Below, one piece after another: positions 25,709 to 39,225 of a stretch of DNA of 64,000 nucleotides (its first letter is position 1; each line of letters begins with the position of its first letter). Source of the DNA: Mobula hypostoma (lineage: Eukaryota). A program made the translations under genes and the position numbers. The stretch covers positions 28,830,001 to 28,894,000 of the forward strand of contig NC_086101.1 of the NCBI RefSeq assembly GCF_963921235.1, written 5' to 3'. The notes below the pieces were generated by a model, which did no database searches, was not told where the DNA came from, and worked only from the letters and a program-made list of their open reading frames with translations.

Positions 25709-28700
25709 GGCTCCGGTGACGTCATCGTTCAGAATGGCAGCTCAGATCAACAGCTCCTCCGGAAAAACGGATATTTTGCCCCGTTAATGCATCAAATCTA
25801 AGATCTTTCGAACATATCTGAATTGATAAGCGGGCGGGGGGGGGGGCAAGAATGGGGAGAAAGAATGGACATTAAAGAAAGCCCCACTGTGGAGCCTATG
25901 GAAGAGAGAGGTACAGGCGAAGCGGCAAATATGATGAAGATTCTGGAAGAGATAAGTGGAGTCCAAAATGATATAAAGCAGCAACTCAATGATATGAAGT
26001 CAGAGCTCGCCAACGTCAATCTGAAAATAGCGATGACAGAGACTCGAATTGAGAAGGTGGAAGATCGCGTGCAAAACGTGGAACAGATACGAAGTAAGAC
26101 GATAAAAATATTAACTCAACAGGAAAGTAAATTGCTTGACCAGCAGGGAAGATCGCGACGGAAAAATATCAGGATTTATAATGTTCCCGAAGGAGCGGAG
26201 GGATTGTTGATGATGGACTGTGTAGATAAACTGCTGCGGGAAGCGCTGGAGATTCCCCCGCATATGGAGATGAAATAGAAAGGGCGCATCGTTCTCTCGT
26301 CCAGCGGCCTGCCGGAGACAAAGCAAACCGCGATCCATTGTACTTAAATTTCTCCGAATCAAGAGCAAGGCGGAGATTCTACGAAGGGCCTGGGGTAAGA
26401 AGAGGGTTTTCTGGAACGGGAAGTTAATATACTTCGATCATGATTACCCCCCGGTGGTCCTATAGAAACGGAAGGAGTATTCCGAAGGGAAGCGAATATT
26501 AAAGGACAAAAAGATTAAGTTTCAAACCCCGTACCCTACTAAGCTGAGAGTATTTTACCAAGAAGGGATACGACTGTAGCAGACGGTGGAAGAGGCGTCT
26601 ACAGACGTGAACAACCGAGGACTGTCTATTAGCGTGGTCAAACCAAGGGAAAGTCTGACTGAGCAGTTGTCCCGAACTGCTTGGGAAATAGTAAGAGAAC
26701 CGAGAAAGCAGGGGACAGGAACAGGACGAGAGAAGGATATTATATAGAGACTGTGAGTTCTCGGAAGACAACCCTCACCTCCTTCAGAATAGCCATAAGA
26801 TTTGGCTAACATTAAAAGTGCTGATAAACTAAACAGAAGCAAAAATAGACGGTGATATACCTATCTCGAGAAATACGTGTTATGATGTGGTTTTTATATT
26901 ACTCAATTTAAAAAAAAATCAGTTATTCATTCCTTTTTCCCCACCTAAATGAGAATATATACACGGGAGGAATACACAGGGAAATCATTTCTGCGTAATA
27001 GACGTAGTTTTTTTTAACTTACTTTTATAGGTACTGCAGCGGGGGCCCTCAACCCACAGGTAGGAGGGACTATACCCCACGGCTAGACTTTTCTTCTAGC
27101 CCAACCCAGGGTCATCTAGAGACCCCAGCCTTGGAATCACACCTTCGTTACCTTTTTTTTATTATTCGCGTTTCTTGGCTCTTATTTGTTCAGGGAGTAG
27201 ATCGATTAAGTTATATTCTGCAAATTTCAATTATATACTAACAGATAAATACACATGGCTAAGGGCAAAGTAAAATTCATTTCTTTTAATGTCAATGGGC
27301 CGTTGAATCCAGTCAAGTGCAGTAAAATTCTATCAAAAATGAAAAAAGAACAAGCCCATGTAGTATATTTACAGGAAATTCACTTAAGTGATAATGAGCA
27401 TGGAAAATTAAAGAGAATGGGCTTCACTAATTTGTTTTTTTCCTCATATAAATCAGGACATAGAATAGGAGTTGCTATTCTCATCTCAAGTAAGCTAAAT
27501 TTTGAAGAAGTATTCAAAATGGGAGAAAAGGAGGGCAGATATATTCTGGGAAGGGGAATATAGGAGGAAATCCAGTTACTTTATTGAATATATACGCACC
27601 CCCAGGAAGTGATACTAGTTTCTTCCAGAAAATTACTAATATTATGGTAACGGAAACAGAAGGTTTCTTGATATGTGGGGGAGACTTAAATTTACAATTA
27701 CAACCAAAGCTAGACTCTTCCAATAGGAAAACTTATGAAACAAAGTCCTTACATAAGAAAGTGAACACTCTTTTTGAGGATGTTGAACTAATTGATATAT
27801 GGAAGGACCTTTTCGCCGACAGAAGGGATTACACTCATTATTCTGCCCCCCATTCCATATATACAAGAATAGACTATTTCATAACATTTGGAAAAGACAG
27901 AGACAAAATAATCACCTGTGGAATTGCGACAATAGATGTAAGTGACCATGCACCTATATATTTATCTGTTGATTTTGACCTACAACCAAAGAATACTATT
28001 TGGAAACTAAATTCAAGTCTACTCAGTGATCCCTATTTTAAGGAACAAATTAAAAAAGAAATTGGTCTTTACTTAGAATTCAATGATAATGGAGAGGTTT
28101 CACCTCCCATTCTATGGGATACTCTGAAGGCTGTCTTAAGAGGGAAAATTATAGCGATATCTTCATATAAGAAAAAAAAAGGAATAGAACATTAGAGGAA
28201 TTACAAAATAAGCTGAAGGAACTAGAAAAAAACACAAACTGAGTTTGGCACAGGATATACTAGAGGCAATTAAAAATTAGGAATGAAATTAATAGTTTGG
28301 CTACACAAGAAATTAGAAAAAAATTTAATGTTTCTGAAACAGAAACACTACGAAAGTGGATCTAAATCTATGAAAATACTGGCGTGGAAACTGAAAAAAT
28401 TAGGGATCCAAGAACAAAAGTGATAAAAAGAATAAGCTAAGTGAAATTCATGAAGCTTTTGAAATGTTTTACAAAACTCTATATTCCAAAGTTACAGGGG
28501 GAAACTTAACCCAAATTGACACCTTCCTGAATTCTTTAGAGTTACCCACTTTAAGCAAAGAACAAAATAGAACGATGACTGCTGACATAACTGAAGCTGA
28601 ACTAAAAACTGCATTTAGTAGGCTTAAATTAAGCAAGTCACCAGGATCAGATGGATATACGGCAGAGTGGTATGAAGAGTTTAGAAGTGAGTTAATCCCT

Positions 28701-31700
28701 GTTTTACTCCCCACACTGAACTGGGCCCTGAGAAAAGCACAAATGCCACCCATCTGAAAGTAGGGGATAGACTCAGCTATATGGAAAGAAGGCAAGGATA
28801 AAATGGAATGTGGGTCATTTAGACCAATACCTGTTCTTAATGTGGATTATAGAATATTTACCTCCATCACGGCCAAACGATTAGAAGAGTTTCTACCCAC
28901 ACTGATACAAAATGATCAGACAGGTTTCATACAACAACGCCAAACACAAGACAATATACGAAGGACACTTCACATTATGGATCATGCAAAAAAAATGAAA
29001 TTGAAGCAATACTGATAAGCGTGGACGCTGAAAAGTCAATTGATTTAGTTAATTGGAATTTTCTCTATAGAGTTTCACATAGATTTGGTCTACATGACAC
29101 AATTATTAAAACTATACAAGCACTATACGACAATCCTACTGCCAGGATTAAAATCGATGGATATTTATCTAATAGTCTTACCCTAGAAAAGGGCACGAGA
29201 CAGGGTTGTGAATAGTCACCGCTACTCTTTGCATTATATCTGGAATCATTCGCTCAATACATCAGACAAAATGAAGATAACAGGGGAATTACTATTAAAG
29301 GGACAGAGCATAAATTGGCCTGTTACATGCGTAACCGCCCCCCCCAGACAACCTCAGGGTCGCTCAGCTCGCTGTCGTCTAGGGAAACAGCCCTCGGCCC
29401 CGCCAAACTGGGTAATTAGTTTGTGTGGATGTTGTGTGATGTACCCCACCCCACCCAAATAACAGACAAATATACCAGATACAATTAAATGATTTACAGT
29501 TTATAGATATTACCGGAACTATATAATTAATAGAGAATAAAATGTAAAAGGAAAATAAAAGGCGCCACACTTATCAAAGTTCAATCTCTTCGTACACAAA
29601 CAGTTGGAGCTCAGGACCATTCTTCTTCACCCTGCAACCCCTCGGACCACCTCGACCGGCCGCCTGGGACCAACAATGGTGGTCAACCAGATGCTCCACA
29701 CGAGTCCGTCTGGGTCTCCTCTCCTCTCTGAACGCCCCACTCGGGGTCTGACCCTGTTAGCGGTCATCACAGCACCTGGTCCGTCCTCTGTCTCTCTCTC
29801 TCTCTCCCGCCTTCTCCCTCCAAAACCCTGCGCATACAAATCTTACAGATACCAAAAGCCTAACAACTATCCCAATGGGTTCGTAACATCTTCTTATCAC
29901 AATCTAACCCAAAACAAGCTGATAGTGCAAGAACTTGCTCAGCGTTTAACATAACAAAGAAGCATTCCCAAGTATAACATAACAAAGAAGCCATTTTAAT
30001 TAGCCTACACAGTAACATAAAAGATGAAACCTCCTTACACGTGGATGACATTTTGATCTATCTTGGGCAACCAACAGTCTCTTTACCTAAATTGATGCAA
30101 TCCTTTGAACAATATGGCCAATTATCAGGATACAAGATCAACATAGATAAAACCGAACTACTTTCATATAACTATACTCCACCAAGAGAAATTGAAAGTA
30201 GATATACTTGGGCATGGCAAACAAAGTCCGTCAAATATTTGGGCATTATTATGCCAAAAGATTTGGCAAAATTATCGGAATGCAATTATCAGCCAATATA
30301 TAACAAATTAAGGAAGATATAACAAGGTGGAACCTAATCCCTTTTCTTGGTCTCAGTTCAAGGACTGAATCTATTAAAATGAATATACTGCCCAGACTAC
30401 TATATTTCTTTCAGACCCTACCAATAGAGATTAACCAAAATCAATTCAATGAGTAGAACAAGATGCTATTAAGATATATATGGCAAGGTAAAAGGCCTAG
30501 GGTTTGTCTCAAAACTTTGCAATTAGCCAAGGAAAAGGGGGCTGGGGCCTACCTCTCTTAGAGATTATTATGTTGCAGCACAGTTGAGAGCCGTGATATG
30601 CTGGTGCAATCCATCATATGACACTCAATGGAAAAACATTGAGGAGAGGATTCTTTCCATCCCCATACAGGCAATTTTGGCTGATAACAACCTACAGTTA
30701 CATAAATAATATTGACAATCCACGGGTGAAATTGACTCATAAAATATGGAAAACTATTATAAAAGAATGTAAACTGGAGAGAGACATTGCAATTCTTAAA
30801 TGGTGTGCATATGACTCGGATTTTACGCCGAATAAATTGGATGCTAGATTTAAGGACTGGACAGCAAAAGGAATAACAGCTATTTGCAATATAATGAAAG
30901 AAGGAACACTGTTCAGTTTTGAAATGCTCAAAGAGAAACACCTGTTAGAAAAACAAGACTTTTACAGATGTGACAGTATGTTAATAAGACAGTTAAAAAT
31001 GTAACCAAGGCAAGTGCATGTCTGATAGAGCTGTTTAGAAAAGCATATAATTCAGACAACGGTAGTATGATCATTTCAAGCGGTATAAGGATTTGTCAAA
31101 TCTTAAAACGCATTCAACTTCATACATTAAAACAAAATGGGATAAGGAAGGAGGGATGATAATATCTGAGGAAGGCTGGACAATAATATGGAGGTATCAA
31201 TGGAAGTGTACCAGTTCACAGAAATGGAGGGAGTTCCAGTGGAAAAACTTGATAAGATATTTTATTACACCCTCACAGAAATCCCATTATGATAACAACC
31301 CCCCTGTTTGCTGCAGAAATTGTGGAAATCAAAATGCAAACGATTATCATATTTTCTGGGAATGCCCCGTTATCAAAGACTACTGGAGTAGGATTAATAA
31401 TGTCCTACAAGACATCTTTAAATGTGAAATACCCTTAGAGAGTAAGACCATATACTTTGGGTATATACCTCAAGAACGGTTGAAAAGAGATAAATATTTA
31501 ATGAATGTACCAGGTGGTAATGAATTACCAGGTGGCTGGTAAAAAGACTTTTCCGGGGAAAAGATTATCACAGGACAGCCCAACTCTAAATGTATGGATG
31601 GAAATTACAATGGACATTTACAAAATAGAGAAGGTAACAGCATCTGTTAATCATAAGTTGGAGCAATTTTATTCATGCTGGAAAAATTGGTTTAACTACA

Positions 31701-31961
31701 TAACACCTCATAGGCCTGATTTTATTCTCACAAGTCAATGAATATGTTGTAAAAAAAAAGATCACTCCCTACTCTGTACATAGTTTTCTTCTTTCGATTA
31801 TTCTTTCTTTCCTCTCTTTTCTGTAAGTGTATACCTCAGATAAATATTATGTGGAGATTTGTGACAAATATGATTATATGATATATATGTACAGTATATG
31901 AAATACAACTTATAGAAATGTTTGATGATGAAATTCAATAAAAAATAAATTACAAAAGAAA
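25709..31961 (+). mobile_element. Full-length L1-clade LINE (ORF1, ORF2 EN-RT-Cys-rich), decayed
   Basis: 16-bp TSD GGAATAGAATGAGGAG (25693-25708 and 31962-31977); ORF1 coiled coil plus RRKNIRIYNVPEGAE; ORF2 MAKGKVKFISFNVNG, LNIYAP, SDHAPI, KSPGSDG, C-terminal CxxC..HIFWECP; A-rich 3' end. Confidence 0.93.
29330..30039 (-). mobile_element. Solo LTR inserted in L1 ORF2
   Basis: Minus strand begins TGTAAGGAGG and ends GGCGGTTACG; imperfect 4-bp TSD CATG/CGTG; L1 frame KLACY|xDDILIYLG rejoins across it. Confidence 0.8.
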
Positions 31962-32155
31962 GGAATAGAATGAGGAGACAGGTAAAGGTGTGGCTGAAGA
32001 ATTGGAGCAGGGGAGAAGGATTCAGATTTCTGGATAACTGGGCCCTCGTCTGGGGCAGGTGAGACCTGTACAAAAAGGTCATGTTGCACTTGAATCAAAG
32101 GGGGACCAATATTCTTGCGGGCAAATTTACTGGAGCTGTTGGGAGTGGTTTAAAT

Positions 32156-34114
32156 GAATACTTTATACTTTATTGTCGCCAAACAATTGGTACTAGAACG
32201 TACAATCATCACAGCGATATTTGATTCTACGCTTCATGCTCCCTGGATTACAAATATAAAATATTATAAATCTTAAAATAGTTAAATTTAGTAAATATTA
32301 AAATTTAAATTATATATCATAAATAGAAAAATGGGAAATAAGGTAGTGCAAAAAAACTGAGAGGCAGGTCCAGATTTTTGGAGGGTACGGCCCAGATCAG
32401 TCAGGATCCGTTCAGCAATCTTATCACAGTTGGAAAGAAGCTGTTCCCAAATCTGGCCATACAAGTCTTCAAGCTCCCGAACCTTCTCCCAGAGGGAAGA
32501 GGGACGAAAAGTGTGTTGGCTGGGTGGGTCGTGTCCTTGATTATCCTGGTAGCACTGCTTCGACAGCGTGCAGTGCAAAGTGAGCCCACAGACGGAAGGT
32601 TGGTCTGTGTGATGTGCTGCGCTGTGTTCACAGTCCTCTGCAGCTTCTTTCGGTCTTGGACAGGACAACTTCCATACCAGGTTGTGATGCACCCTGCTTT
32701 CTAAGGTGCATCTATAAAAGTTAGTGAGGGTTTTAGGGGACAGGCCAAATTTCTTTAGTTTCCTCAGGAAGTAAAGGCACTGGTGGGCCTTCTTGGCAGT
32801 GAACTCTGCTTGGTTGGACCAAGTCAAGTCATTTGTGATATTGACCCCGAGGAACTTAAAGCTTTGGACCTATTCCACTTGCGCCCCACCGATGTAAATT
32901 GGGTCGTGCGGTCTGCTACTCCTTCTGAAGTCAACAACCAATTCCTTCGACTTGCTGACGTTGAGGGATAGGTTATTGTCTTCGCACCATGCCACCAGGT
33001 TCTTAATTTCCTCTCTGTACCCAAACTCATCATTACCCGAGATATGGCCTACAATTGTTGTGTCATCCGCAAACTTATATATTGAGTTTGATGGAAACGG
33101 CTGCACAATCATGGGTGTACAGTGAGTACAGCAGGGGGCTGAGTACACAGCCTTGTGGGGCACCGGTGCTCAGAGTGATTGTAGAGGAGAGCTTGTCCCC
33201 TGTTTTTACAGCCTGGGTCCTGTTTGTGAGGAAGTTGAAAATCCAGCTGCAGATCTGAGTGCTAAGGCCCAGGTTCCGGAGATTAGGAATCAGTTTATTT
33301 GGAATGATGCTATTAAAGGCAGAGCTGTAGTCAATGAAAAGGTGCCTTACGTATGCGTCTTTATTCACCAGGTGTTCTAAGGAGGAATGTAGGGCCAGAG
33401 AGATGGCATCTGCCGTTGACCTGTTGCTTCGGTAGGCGAATTGCAAAGCGTCGAGGTTGACCGGTAGGCTGTGGTTGATGTGTGCCATAACCAATCTCTC
33501 GAAGCATTTCATAGCAATTGATGTCAGAGCCACAGGTCGATAGTCATTCAGGCATGCCACCTTGCTCTTCTTCAGCACTGGGATTATCGTTGCCTTCTTA
33601 AAACACGAGGGGATCTTAGACTGAAGCAAGGAGCAGTTGAAGATGTCAGTAAACACTCCAGCTAGCTCGCTTGCACAGGCCCGGAGAACCCGTCCTGGGA
33701 CACCATCTGGGCCCGACGCCTTCCTTGGATTTATCTTCAGGAAGGCACTTCTAACGTCCTCCTCGGTGACAATGAATCTCGATGCCACCAGGTCCGGTTC
33801 ATCCGGAGGGAGTGGGACGCTCCTCTTCTGTTCGAATCTTGTGTAGAATACGTTAAGTTCGTCAGGAAGAGAAGCACCACTGTTATTGATGTTCCCAGCC
33901 TTTTCTTTGCGCTCAGTGATCTCATTTAGACCCTGCCATAGTCTACCGGCACCCCTCTGGTTAGCCTTGGCTTCCAACTTGGCTCGATATTGCCTCTTGG
34001 CGCCCTTAATTGCTTTCCGGAGTTCACGCCTGGATTCCGTGTAGTGACTGGTATCCCCGGACCTAAAAGCCGCAGCTCTAGCCTTTAAAAGGGATTTGAC
34101 CTCATAATTCATCC
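32156..34114 (-). mobile_element. Rex1/Babar-clade LINE, 5'-truncated
   Basis: ORFs 33075..34274 (YRPVALTSIAMKCFERLV, LQFAYRSNRSTADAI, QGCVLSP), 32870..33163 (FADD) and 32401..32631 (IIKDTTHP). Confidence 0.88.
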
Positions 34115-34430
34115 GCAGGGAGAATGGGAACCAGGATGACAGAGCTGAGGATGAGCCTGCAGGTTTACAAGAAGATGATGGGTGTAACATGGATGTAAGG
34201 AAGGACAAGCCAATGATTGGGTACAATTGCAGACAGAGCAAAGAGTTAAATTGTACCACAGAGGCAAAATTCAAAAGGGCGAAGAATGGAGGACTGAAGG
34301 TGCTGTATTTGGAATAAGGTGGATGAACTCATGGCGCAGTTAAAGATTGGTCTGTATGGCATTGTGGGGATCACAAAGCTGTGGCTGAAGAAAGTCCAAA
34401 GCCGGGAGCTTCACATCAAGGGTGTTGTAG

Positions 34431-35795
34431 ATTGAATTGAATTGAATTGACTATTAGTTACATCCTTCATAATCTTTAAGTTACATCTCCATGTAAGTGT
34501 GCAATGTGTAATTTATAGTAATTTATAATAAATATTATGTACAACAGGATAGACAATATTATCATAGAAATTCAGTTGTATCAGCATGAATTAAGCAGTC
34601 TGATGGCCGAGTGCAAGAAGCTGTCCCTCTTGGTCCTGGCTTTTATGTTGTGGTACTGTTTCCCAAATGGTAGCAGCTGGAACATTTTGTGGTTGGGGTG
34701 ACTCAGGTCCCTAATGATCCTTCGGGCCCTTTTTACACACCTGTCTTTGTAAATGTCCTGAATAGTGGGAAGTTCACATCTACAGATATGCTTTAATAAC
34801 CCAGATCTTATTAGGGAGCTGAACATAAAGGATTCCTTAGGAGTCAGTGATCAAAATATGATTGAATTCATTCTGCAATTTGAGAGGGAGAAGCATAACT
34901 CACATGTATCAGTATCACAATGGAATAAAGGGAATGACAGAGGCATGAGAGAGGAGCTTGCCCAGGTGGATTGAAGGGGGATGACAGCAGAGCTGAAGTT
35001 TCTGGAATAGTTCACAAGGCGCAGGATAGATATGCGCCAAAGAGGAAGATGTTCTCAAATGGCAGAAGTAGGCAACTGTGGCTGACAAAGAAAGTTAAGG
35101 ATTGCATAAGTGTCAAGGAAACAGCATATAAGGTAACAAATGTGAATGGGAAGTTGGATGATTGGGAAGCTTTTAAAATCCAACAAAAAGTAACTGAAAA
35201 GACTATAAGAAGGGAAACGATGAAATATGAAGGCTGACTAGCTAATAATATGAAGCAGGACACCAAAAGTTTTTTCAGTTATATAAAGAGTAAAAGGGAA
35301 GTGAGAGTTGATATTAGACCACTAGAATATGATGCTGGTGAGGTAGTAATGCGGGACAAAGAATTGGCAAAGGACCCTAATGGGTACTTTGCATCTGTCT
35401 TCACTGTAGAAGACACTAGCAGTGTACCAGAGGTCTGTGAGTGTCAGAGAGCAGGAGTGGGTGCTTTGCTGTTACAAAGGAAAAAGTGCTAGCCAACTTC
35501 AAAGGTCTTAAGGTGGATAAGTCATCTGAGCCAGATGGACTACGTCCCAGAGTCTTGAGAGAGGTTGCTGAAGAGATAACAGATGCATTGGACATGATCT
35601 TTCAAGAAAAGCCAGGAGATAATAATAAGGCACTAATCAGGCCACACTTAAAGCATTGTGAACAGTTTTGAGCCCCATATCTCAGAAAGGACGTGTTATC
35701 ATCGGAGATAGTACAGAGGAGGTTCAGGAGGATGATTCTGGGAATGAAGGGGTTAACGTATGAGGAGTGTTTGGCAACTTTGGACCTGTAACTAT
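34431..35795. mobile_element. Rex1 3' fragment (-, ~34431-34790) followed by degenerate CR1 ORF2 (+, ~34791-35795)
   Basis: IIRDLSHPNHKMFQLLP (-); SDQNMIEF, KVDKSSEPDGL (+). Confidence 0.75.
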
Positions 35796-38700
35796 ATAAC
35801 CATATAACAATTATAGCACGGAAACAGGCTATCTCGGCCCTTCTAGTCCGGGCCGAACTCCTACACTCACCTAGTCCCACCGACCTGCACTCAGTCCATA
35901 ACCCTCCATTCCCTTCCTGTCCATATATCTATCCAATTTAACTTTAAACATCAACATCGTACCTGCCTCAACCACTTCTGCTGGAAGCTCGTTCCACACA
36001 GCTACCACTCTCTGAGTAAAGAAGTTCCCCCTCATGTTACCCCTAAACTTTTGCCCTTTAACTCTCAACTCATGTCCACTTGTTTGAATCTCCCCCACTC
36101 TCAATGGAAAAACCCTATCCACATCAACTCTATCAATCCCCCGCATAATTTTAAACACCTCTATCAAGTCCCCTCTCAGCCTTCTATGCTCCAAAGAATA
36201 AAGACCTAACTTGTTCAACCTTTCTCTGGAACTTAGGAGATGAAACCCAGGCAACATTTTAGTAAACCTCCTCTGTACTCTCTCAATTTTATTGACAACT
36301 TTCCTATAATTCGGTGACCAGAACTGCACACAATACTCCAAATTTGGCCTTACTAATGCCTTATACAATTTCAACATTACATCCCAACTCCTATACTCAA
36401 TGCTCTGATTAATAAAGGCCAGCATACAAAAAGCTTTCTTCACCACCCTATCCACATGAGATCCCACCTTCAGGGAACTATGCACCATTATTCCTAGATC
36501 CCTCTGTTCTACAGCATTCTTCAATGCCCTACCATTTACCACATATGCCCTATTTTGATTAGTCCTACCAAAATGTAGCACCTCACATTTTTCAGTATTA
36601 AACTCCATCTGCCATCTTTCAGTCCACTCTTCTAACTGGCCTAAATCTCTCTGCAAACTTTGAAAACCTACTTCATTATCCACAACGCCACCTATCTTAA
36701 TACTTACTAACTCAATTTACCACCCCATCATCCAGATCATTAGTATATATGACAAACAACACTGGACGCAGTACAGATCCCTGACGCACACCACTACACA
36801 CTGTCCTCCAATCTGACACACAGTTATCCACCACTACTCTCTGGTGTCTCCCATCTAGCCACTGCTGAATCCATTTTACTACTTCGATATTAATGCCTAA
36901 CGATTGAACCTTCCTAACTAACCTTCCGTGTGGATCCTTATCAGATGCCTTACTGAAGTCCATATAGACAACATCCACCGCTTTACCCTCGTCAACTTTC
37001 CTAGTAACGTCATCAGAAAATTCAATAAGATTTGTCAAACATGACCTTCCACACACAAATCCATTTTGACTGTTCTTAATCAGACCCTGTCTGTCCAGAT
37101 AATTATATATACCATCTCTAAGAATGCTTTCCATCAATTTACCCACCACTGATGTCAAACTCACAGGCCGATAATTGCTAGGTTTACTCTTAGAACCCTT
37201 TTTAAACAATGGAGCCACATGAGCAATATACCAATCCTCCGGCACCATCCCTGTTTCTAATGACATTTGAAATATTTCTGTCAGAGCCCCTGCTATTTCC
37301 ACACTAACTTCCCTCAAGGTCCTAGGGAATATCCTGTCAGGACCCAGAGACTTACCACTTTTATATTCCTTAAAAGCACCAGTACTTCCCCTTCTTTAAT
37401 CATCATACTTTCCATAACTACCTTTCTTGTTTCCTTTACCTTACACAATTCAATATCCTTCTCCTTAGTGAATACCGAAGAAAAGAAATTGTTCAAAATC
37501 TCCCCCATCTCTTTTGGCTCCGTACATAGCTATCCACTCTGATTCTCTAAGGGACCAATTTTATCCCTCACTATCCTTTTGCTATTTATATAACTGTAGA
37601 AACCCTTAGGATTTATTCTCACCTTACTTGCTAAAGCTGCCTCATATCTTCTTTTAGCTTTTCTAATTTCTTTCTTAAGATTCTTTTTACAATCTTTATA
37701 TTCCTCGAGCACCTCATTAACTCCAAGCTGCCTATATTTATTGTAAATCCCTCTCTTTTTCCATACCAAGTTTCCTATATCCCTTGAAAACCATGGCTCT
37801 CTCAAACTTTTAACCTTTCCTTTCATCCTAACAGGAGCATAAAGATCCTGTACCCTCAAAGTTTCACCTTTAAATGACCTCCATTCCTCTATTACATACT
37901 TCCCATAAAACAAATTGTCCCAATCCACTCCTTCTAAATCCCTTCACATCTCCTCAAAGTTAGCCTTTCTCCAATCAAAAATCTCAACTCTGGGTCCAGT
38001 ACTATCCTTCTCCATAATTATATTGAAACTAACGGTATTGTGATCACTGGACCCGAAGTGCTCCCCACCACATACCTCCGTCACCTGCCCTATCTCATTC
38101 CCTAACAGGACATCCAACACTGCCCCTTCTCTAGTTGGTACCTCTATGTATTGCTGCAAAAAACTATCTTGCACACATTTGACAAACTCCAAACCATCCA
38201 GCCCTTTTACAGAATGGGCTTCCCAGTCTACGTGTGGAAAATTAAAATCTCCCACAATCACAACCTTGTGCTTACTACAAATATCTGCCATCTCTTTACA
38301 AATTTGCTCCTCCAGTTCTCGGACCCCATTAGGTGGTCTATAATATACCCCTATAAGCATCACTACACCTTTCCCATTCCTCAATTCCACCCAAATAGCC
38401 TCCCTGGATGAGTCCACTAATCAATCCTGCCAGAGGACCGCTGTTATATTTTCTCTGACAAGCAAAGCAACACCTCCCCCTCTTGCCCCTCCTATTCTAT
38501 CACACCTGAAGCAACGAAATCTTGGAATATTTAGTTGCCAATCACACCCCTCCTGCAACCACGTTTCACTAATAGCTACAACATCGTATTTCCAGGTATC
38601 AATCCATGCTCTACGCTCATCCACCTTTCTTACAATACTCCAAGCATTAAAATAGATGAATTTAAGAATCTCTCCACCTCCTACTCTCTTTTTACGCTTA

Positions 38701-39225
38701 ATGGAGCAAACAAATTTGTTTTCTTTTTCTTCCTTGTCCCCTACATCTTTGGTCTGAGTGCTCCTGATGTCTGTCCCCTGCCTATCCTCCCTCACACACT
38801 GTCTACTAGGTTTCTCTATTTGTGAACTAACCTCCTCTCTCCTAGTCTCTTTAATTTGATTCCTACCCCCCAACCCATTCTAGTTTAAAGTCAACTCACA
38901 GCCCTCGCAAATCTCCCCGCCAGGATATTGGTGCCCCTAGGAATCAGGTGTAACCCGTCCTTTTTGTACAGGTTGCACCTGTGCCAAAAGAGGTCCCAAT
39001 GATCGAAAAACTTGAATCCCTGCCCCTTGCTCCAATCCCTCAGCCACACACTTATCCTCCACCTCTTTGCATTCCTACTCTCACTGTCGCATAGCAGAGG
39101 CAGTAATCCCGAGATTACTAGATTTGCGGTCCTTTTTCTCAACTCCCTATATTCTCCTTTCAGGACCTCTCCCCTTTTCCTACCTATATCATTGGTACCT
39201 ATATGTACCACGACCTCTGGCTCAC
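35796..39225 (-). mobile_element. CR1 LINE (EN-RT-3' end) plus ORF1 esterase fragment
   Basis: Minus ORFs 35871..36683, 36712..37317, 37530..37928, 37944..38417, 38421..38873 and 38891..39256 (EVVVHIGTNDIG). Confidence 0.9.
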
